A DNA stretch of 51,374 bases from Synechococcus sp. (GTDB lineage: Bacteria; Cyanobacteriota; Cyanobacteriia; Thermostichales; PCC-7336): positions 1 to 51,374 of the forward strand of contig JBFRWD010000032.1 of the NCBI GenBank assembly GCA_051439425.1, read 5' to 3'. The notes below the pieces were generated by a model. It saw nothing but the letters and a program-made list of their open reading frames with translations. It searched no databases and was not told where the DNA came from. The stretch's first letter is position 1, and the number at the start of each line of letters is the position of its first letter. Of this stretch, positions 47,110 to 51,374 are shown one piece after another. The translations under genes and the position numbers were made by a program.

Positions 47110-48429
47110 ATGTTTTCCACCCTGCCCCCAGAAGCAAACCGCCAGGCACAACAACTGTATCGAAAGTTGCTGTGGTCTTATATTGGCATCACCTCAGCGG
47201 TATTGGGGTTGAGTGCGGTTGTCCTCTATTCATTTATTGCTGACAGCATGCAGCGGCAGCATGAAGAAGAGCTACAGGTACTTGCTGAAGCCGCTGCACC
47301 GAGTTTAGAGGTTGCTAAAACCCAATCCGAATTTTTCAACGCTGATACGGCTCAGATGCACTGGCATGCTCTAGAACAACACAGCCAGAGTTTGGAATGG
47401 TACGACGCTGACGGAACGCTCATCATCCGTGAGGGAAAAGTCTTTTCAGAGCTCGCGCTACCAGAAGCCACGACGTTATCAGAGGTAGGAATCCTGGAGC
47501 GCGATCTTCAACAGGATCTCTACGTAGTCACCCTCCCCGTCATTCAATCAGGAAATATTATCGGGTTTGTGCGGGCTAGTGAATCCCTGCGCATTCTCCG
47601 CATTCCTTTGCAAAAACTCCGCTGGGGCATGGTTTTCGGTGGGGCCATTGGCATGGGGACGATTGTGCTCTCAGGTTTCTGGTTGGCTCGACAAGCCTTA
47701 CAGCCTTTTGTTCAGAGCTACCAACGGTTGAGGGAATTCACTGCTGATGCCTCTCATGAGCTACGGGCCCCTTTGGCGACTGTGCAAGCTGGGTTAGATA
47801 CCCTACAGGCAACTTCAGAGCATTGGCCCGAAACCGATCTCGCCACCCTTAACAGCATGGACAGTGCTACTCACCAACTACGTCAACTGACCGATGCTTT
47901 GTTAGCGTTAGCCAGGATGGATCGACCGACTGCATTGCAGGAACAAGATATTCCCTTGCAAGAGTTATTGGAAGATTTGGTCGATATTTACGAGGCAATG
48001 GCTGAAGAGCAGGGTGTCCAGCTGATCTATCAATCAGATAAACCAGCGACTGTTCATGGAAATAATGGACTACTGGTCCAGCTATTTACTAATTTGATTC
48101 AAAACGGTATTCAATATACTCCCAAGGGTGGGACAGTCACGATTACCCTGACTCAGGCAGGTAAACATGCCTTGGTTCTGGTCCAAGATAATGGCATTGG
48201 TATTGCTACCGATGATATTCCCAAAGTATTCGAACGCTTTTGGCGAGCGGATAAAGCTCGATCTCGCCGAAAAGGTGGTCTTGGTTTAGGGCTAGCCATC
48301 GCTAATGACATCGTCAAAAATAGCCATGGCAGCATCCGACTGGATAGCACACTTGAAAAGGGAACAACGTTGGAGGTGAGATTGCCAGCAGTCAAGACTA
48401 TATCAAAGGAAAGGATTCTGTTTAATTAG
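47110..48429 (+). CDS. Membrane sensor histidine kinase
   Basis: Two TM segments, H-box ASHELRAP, N-box NLIQNG, DNGIG, FERFWR and GLGLGL. Confidence 0.93.
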   Translation: MFSTLPPEANRQAQQLYRKLLWSYIGITSAVLGLSAVVLYSFIADSMQRQHEEELQVLAEAAAPSLEVAKTQSEFFNADTAQMHWHALEQHSQSLEWYDADGTLIIREGKVFSELALPEATTLSEVGILERDLQQDLYVVTLPVIQSGNIIGFVRASESLRILRIPLQKLRWGMVFGGAIGMGTIVLSGFWLARQALQPFVQSYQRLREFTADASHELRAPLATVQAGLDTLQATSEHWPETDLATLNSMDSATHQLRQLTDALLALARMDRPTALQEQDIPLQELLEDLVDIYEAMAEEQGVQLIYQSDKPATVHGNNGLLVQLFTNLIQNGIQYTPKGGTVTITLTQAGKHALVLVQDNGIGIATDDIPKVFERFWRADKARSRRKGGLGLGLAIANDIVKNSHGSIRLDSTLEKGTTLEVRLPAVKTISKERILFN

Positions 48430-48619
48430 AACGACCTACTTAGCTAATTTACAACGCCTCACCGGGCCAAGATTTCTTCCATATTTTGGTAGCTCAATAT
48501 GAAGCGATACTAAAGACTGCGTTACTGATGACTACAGTTGGAAAGCGGTGACGAGAGTTGGAAACGGGTCAATACTTATCCTTCCTGCTCAGGCTTCCTG
48601 CAAGTTTCCGTAACAAAGC

Positions 48620-49405
48620 CTATCGACCCAAGCGCAGTCGAGTGAGATGCCAGATATACACCCAAGAGTGATACCAGGTCACCTTGCTACGGCCACCATA
48701 ACGAGCATCAAATCGGTAGCCGACCTCTCGCACGTCTTGAATTCGCCCCTTGGCCAGCACCTCTAGCAACACTTTGTACCCAATCGGCTGCAGGGGGCGA
48801 TCGCCAATCGCCTGACGGCGCACCAGAAAAAACCCGCTCATTGGATCGCTGATATTTTGCACCACCTCCGGCACGACCCAGCGACTTAATGTCATGGCAA
48901 TCCGCGAGGCCCATTGCCGCCACCACCCCCATTGACCACCAACACTCCCATCTCGCCCGTAGCGACTGGCAATCGCCACATCCGCCCCGCGCTCAATCTC
49001 CTGCAACAACTGGGGGAGCAACTCCGGAGGGTGCTGCAAATCCCCATCCATCACACCCAAAATCTCTCCCTGAGCCTGCTGCCAGCCAGCGATCGTGGCT
49101 GATGCGAGCCCCCGCTCTTGCTGGCGCTGCAGCCAATGCAACTGCGGATAGTGGCGCTGCAGTTGCCGCACTCGCGCTTCCGTATCGTCCTCACTACAGT
49201 CATCCACAATCCACAGCTCGTAGGCCTGAGGAATCAAACGGTCCAATTCTGGCACCAGACGCTGCAATAGCAATTGAATGGTCTGTCCCTCGTTCAAGGT
49301 AGGAATCACCAGCGACAGCAGGCATGTCTGCTGCGGTAGCGTAACGGTATCGAGAGGAATGGTACTGGGCGGCATACCAACGTGTGCAAGGACACCATTA
49401 GACAT
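48620..49405 (-). CDS. Polyprenol monophosphomannose synthase-like GT2
   Basis: IPTLNE, VDDCSEDDT, RGLASA, MDGDLQHPPE, DPMSGFF and GYKVLLE motifs. Confidence 0.88.
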   Translation of the reverse strand: MSNGVLAHVGMPPSTIPLDTVTLPQQTCLLSLVIPTLNEGQTIQLLLQRLVPELDRLIPQAYELWIVDDCSEDDTEARVRQLQRHYPQLHWLQRQQERGLASATIAGWQQAQGEILGVMDGDLQHPPELLPQLLQEIERGADVAIASRYGRDGSVGGQWGWWRQWASRIAMTLSRWVVPEVVQNISDPMSGFFLVRRQAIGDRPLQPIGYKVLLEVLAKGRIQDVREVGYRFDARYGGRSKVTWYHSWVYIWHLTRLRLGR

Positions 49406-49505
49406 ATCAATTGCTAAGGAACGAGCGCTAGTGCTTTTTCACCCCAAAGAGAGCGGTCTCGCGAACCAGCGAAGCACCCAAGGGCATCACAGGTGCCAGG
49501 GTAAC

Positions 49506-49610
49506 TATAGCGATCGGCAATCCGCTATGGAGAGTTTCCTCAGTACTTCTCCTCGCCAATAAAGGATTCCAGCTGTCTTAACACTCCAGACCTTAGAGCG
49601 GATTGCTATA
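49506..49610 (+). repeat. ~105-bp MITE-like repeat, copy 4
   Basis: TATAGCGATCGGCAATCCGCTATGGAGAG...CCAGACCTTAGAGCGGATTGCTATA; terminal inverted repeat TATAGCRATC. Confidence 0.8.
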
Positions 49611-49646
49611 TCCCTGACAGCAAACCTGACACATGATGGGTGACAG

Positions 49647-51071
49647 CTACACACCATCCACCCATTCGCTCATGGCTATTGCGAGCTGCTCTTGCCGATC
49701 TCTGGTTTCCGCTTCCATAGACACGCGCAACAGCGGTTCGGTTCCAGACGGCCGCACCAGCACCCAACTACCATCCCGCAGGTACAGTTTGACCCCATCA
49801 TGAAAGCCCACTTCACTCACTTCAATACCGGCAACTTGTTGAGGGGGCTGACGTTTCAGAGCAGCCATCACTTTCTGCTTGCGCGACTCGGTGAGTCGCA
49901 GATCGATACGGTGACTGCAAGTCGGGCCACCCACATCCTTCCAGACCTCTGAAACCAAATGGCTGAGGGGTTTTCCAGCGTAAGCGATCGCCTCTGCTAC
50001 TAGCAGGTTGGCCAAAATCCCATCTTTTTCAGGAATATGCCCAAGCACGCTCAAGCCTCCCGATTCTTCTCCCCCCAGTAACACCTGCGTGTTGCGCATC
50101 ATCTGACCAATATGCTTAAACCCGACGGGAGTTTCATAGAGTTCGAGGCTGTAACGACTGGCCAACCGATCGAGGAGATGGGTAGTTCCCACCGTGCGCA
50201 CAATGGCCCCCAACTGTTGCCGCTGCTCCACCAAATGCTTGACCAGCACCAGCATGACGGAGTTGGGAGAAACGTACTTGCCCCGTTCGTCCACGATTCC
50301 AAAGCGATCGGAATCGCCATCGGTAGCCATGCCCACATGGCTGCTATGTTCGGGCACGTGCGAGCAGAGTTCTTGCAACTGTTGAGGTTTGGGTTCGGGC
50401 ATCGCTCCTCCAAACAGCACATCTCGGCGATCGTGCAAGCGATACACTTGACAGCCGCAATAGCGTAACGCTTCGTCGAGATATCCTCTTGAGGCTCCGT
50501 ACAGGGCGTCGTAGGTGACACGCAGGTGAGCCGACCGAATGCGCGGCACATCAATCAGCGAATAGAGCGAATTGAGATATGTGGGTCGAGGATCGAAGAT
50601 TGTCGGTTCGGTCGTTCCCGTTGAGCCAGGGACAGGCACTAGCGGCCGATCCGAAACCTCTGGGAGATACCGCACGATCGCATCGGTGATGTCCTTTGTC
50701 GCCGGGCCAGCATAGTCGGGAATGTACTTAAGACCGCAGTCAGTGGCTGGATTATGACTAGCCGTGAACATCAGAGCTCCGGCCGACTGGCGCAAAGCTG
50801 CTGCAAATGCGATCGCCGGAGTGGGGCAATGGCTCTGAGTCAGTAACACCTTCCAGCCCTCGGACACCAAAACTTGGGCCGCATGTCGGGCAAATCGATC
50901 GGCGAGAAATCGCGTGTCGTATCCCACCAACACCGGGCGAGATCGCACATACGCTCCTTCTAAGTACTGGGAGATCGCCCGTGTCGCCTTACGAACATTG
51001 GCAAATGTAAACGTGCCAGCAATGGGACCGCGCCAACCATCAGTCCCAAATGAAATTTCCGATGCTGCCAT
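49647..51071 (-). CDS. Phosphoglucomutase/phosphomannomutase family protein
   Basis: FGTDGWRG, phosphoserine motif TASHNP, metal loop DGDSDR, GEESGG and RPSGTEP. Confidence 0.93.
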   Translation of the reverse strand: MAASEISFGTDGWRGPIAGTFTFANVRKATRAISQYLEGAYVRSRPVLVGYDTRFLADRFARHAAQVLVSEGWKVLLTQSHCPTPAIAFAAALRQSAGALMFTASHNPATDCGLKYIPDYAGPATKDITDAIVRYLPEVSDRPLVPVPGSTGTTEPTIFDPRPTYLNSLYSLIDVPRIRSAHLRVTYDALYGASRGYLDEALRYCGCQVYRLHDRRDVLFGGAMPEPKPQQLQELCSHVPEHSSHVGMATDGDSDRFGIVDERGKYVSPNSVMLVLVKHLVEQRQQLGAIVRTVGTTHLLDRLASRYSLELYETPVGFKHIGQMMRNTQVLLGGEESGGLSVLGHIPEKDGILANLLVAEAIAYAGKPLSHLVSEVWKDVGGPTCSHRIDLRLTESRKQKVMAALKRQPPQQVAGIEVSEVGFHDGVKLYLRDGSWVLVRPSGTEPLLRVSMEAETRDRQEQLAIAMSEWVDGV

Positions 51072-51374
51072 ACTGCGCCAGATAGCCTTACGAACCAGCC
51101 GAATTCTTCAAGAATATCCACTTCTCGCGAACCTGCAGAACATTTGTCAGCTTGCATTTGAGCAATGCAGCGGGCATGTATCAGAAGACGTCATCGATGC
51201 ATCTATTGAGCCCGGCCGGCACCGTCAACCATGAATTGCTAGAGGGAATCTACCTACAATCAGTAGATCGAAAACAACAGAGAGCAAGCGAGAAGGATGT
51301 TTCTAAGCTGGGATGAGCTAAGGAACTAGTCATGAAATCCCCTATCCCTTCGCTGGCTTCCTCTCAGCCTCCAG

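Noticed and set aside
1..51374. Frequent GCGATCGC octamers as a novel repeat
   Set aside because: This is the well-known cyanobacterial HIP1 sequence; it was used only as a taxonomic and island clue.

Overview
Cyanobacterial chromosomal segment (many GCGATCGC HIP1 octamers, rbp-rpsU pair, glucosylglycerol genes). The core is an unusually complete glucosylglycerol (GG) salt-acclimation region: ggtBCDA uptake ABC transporter, glpD, ggpS, gghA (split by one in-frame TGA), glpK, a GH13 alpha-glucosidase and stpA/ggpP. Directly downstream of ggpS-glpD lies an uncharacterised ~505-aa protein that keeps the catalytic motifs of NAD(P)H-dependent glycerol-3-phosphate dehydrogenase (GpsA). An ~11 kb accessory block (14.9-25.6 kb) splits this region. 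It holds IS6/IS4 remnants, a GT2 plus membrane glycosyltransferase pair, an RTX repeat protein, an atypical P450, an ECF sigma/anti-sigma pair and an esterase. The left 10 kb encodes a partial arginase-family gene, an OprB porin flanked by inverted copies of a ~105-bp MITE-like repeat, secreted proteins, two Tat-exported DUF1254/DUF1214 paralogues and a protein with an LCIB/theta-carbonic-anhydrase-like Cys/His/Cys pattern. The right end has an integrase remnant, a second RTX protein, a two-component pair, a GT2 and a phosphohexomutase. No rRNA, tRNA or CRISPR array was seen. All family calls come from manual motif recognition, not database searches.
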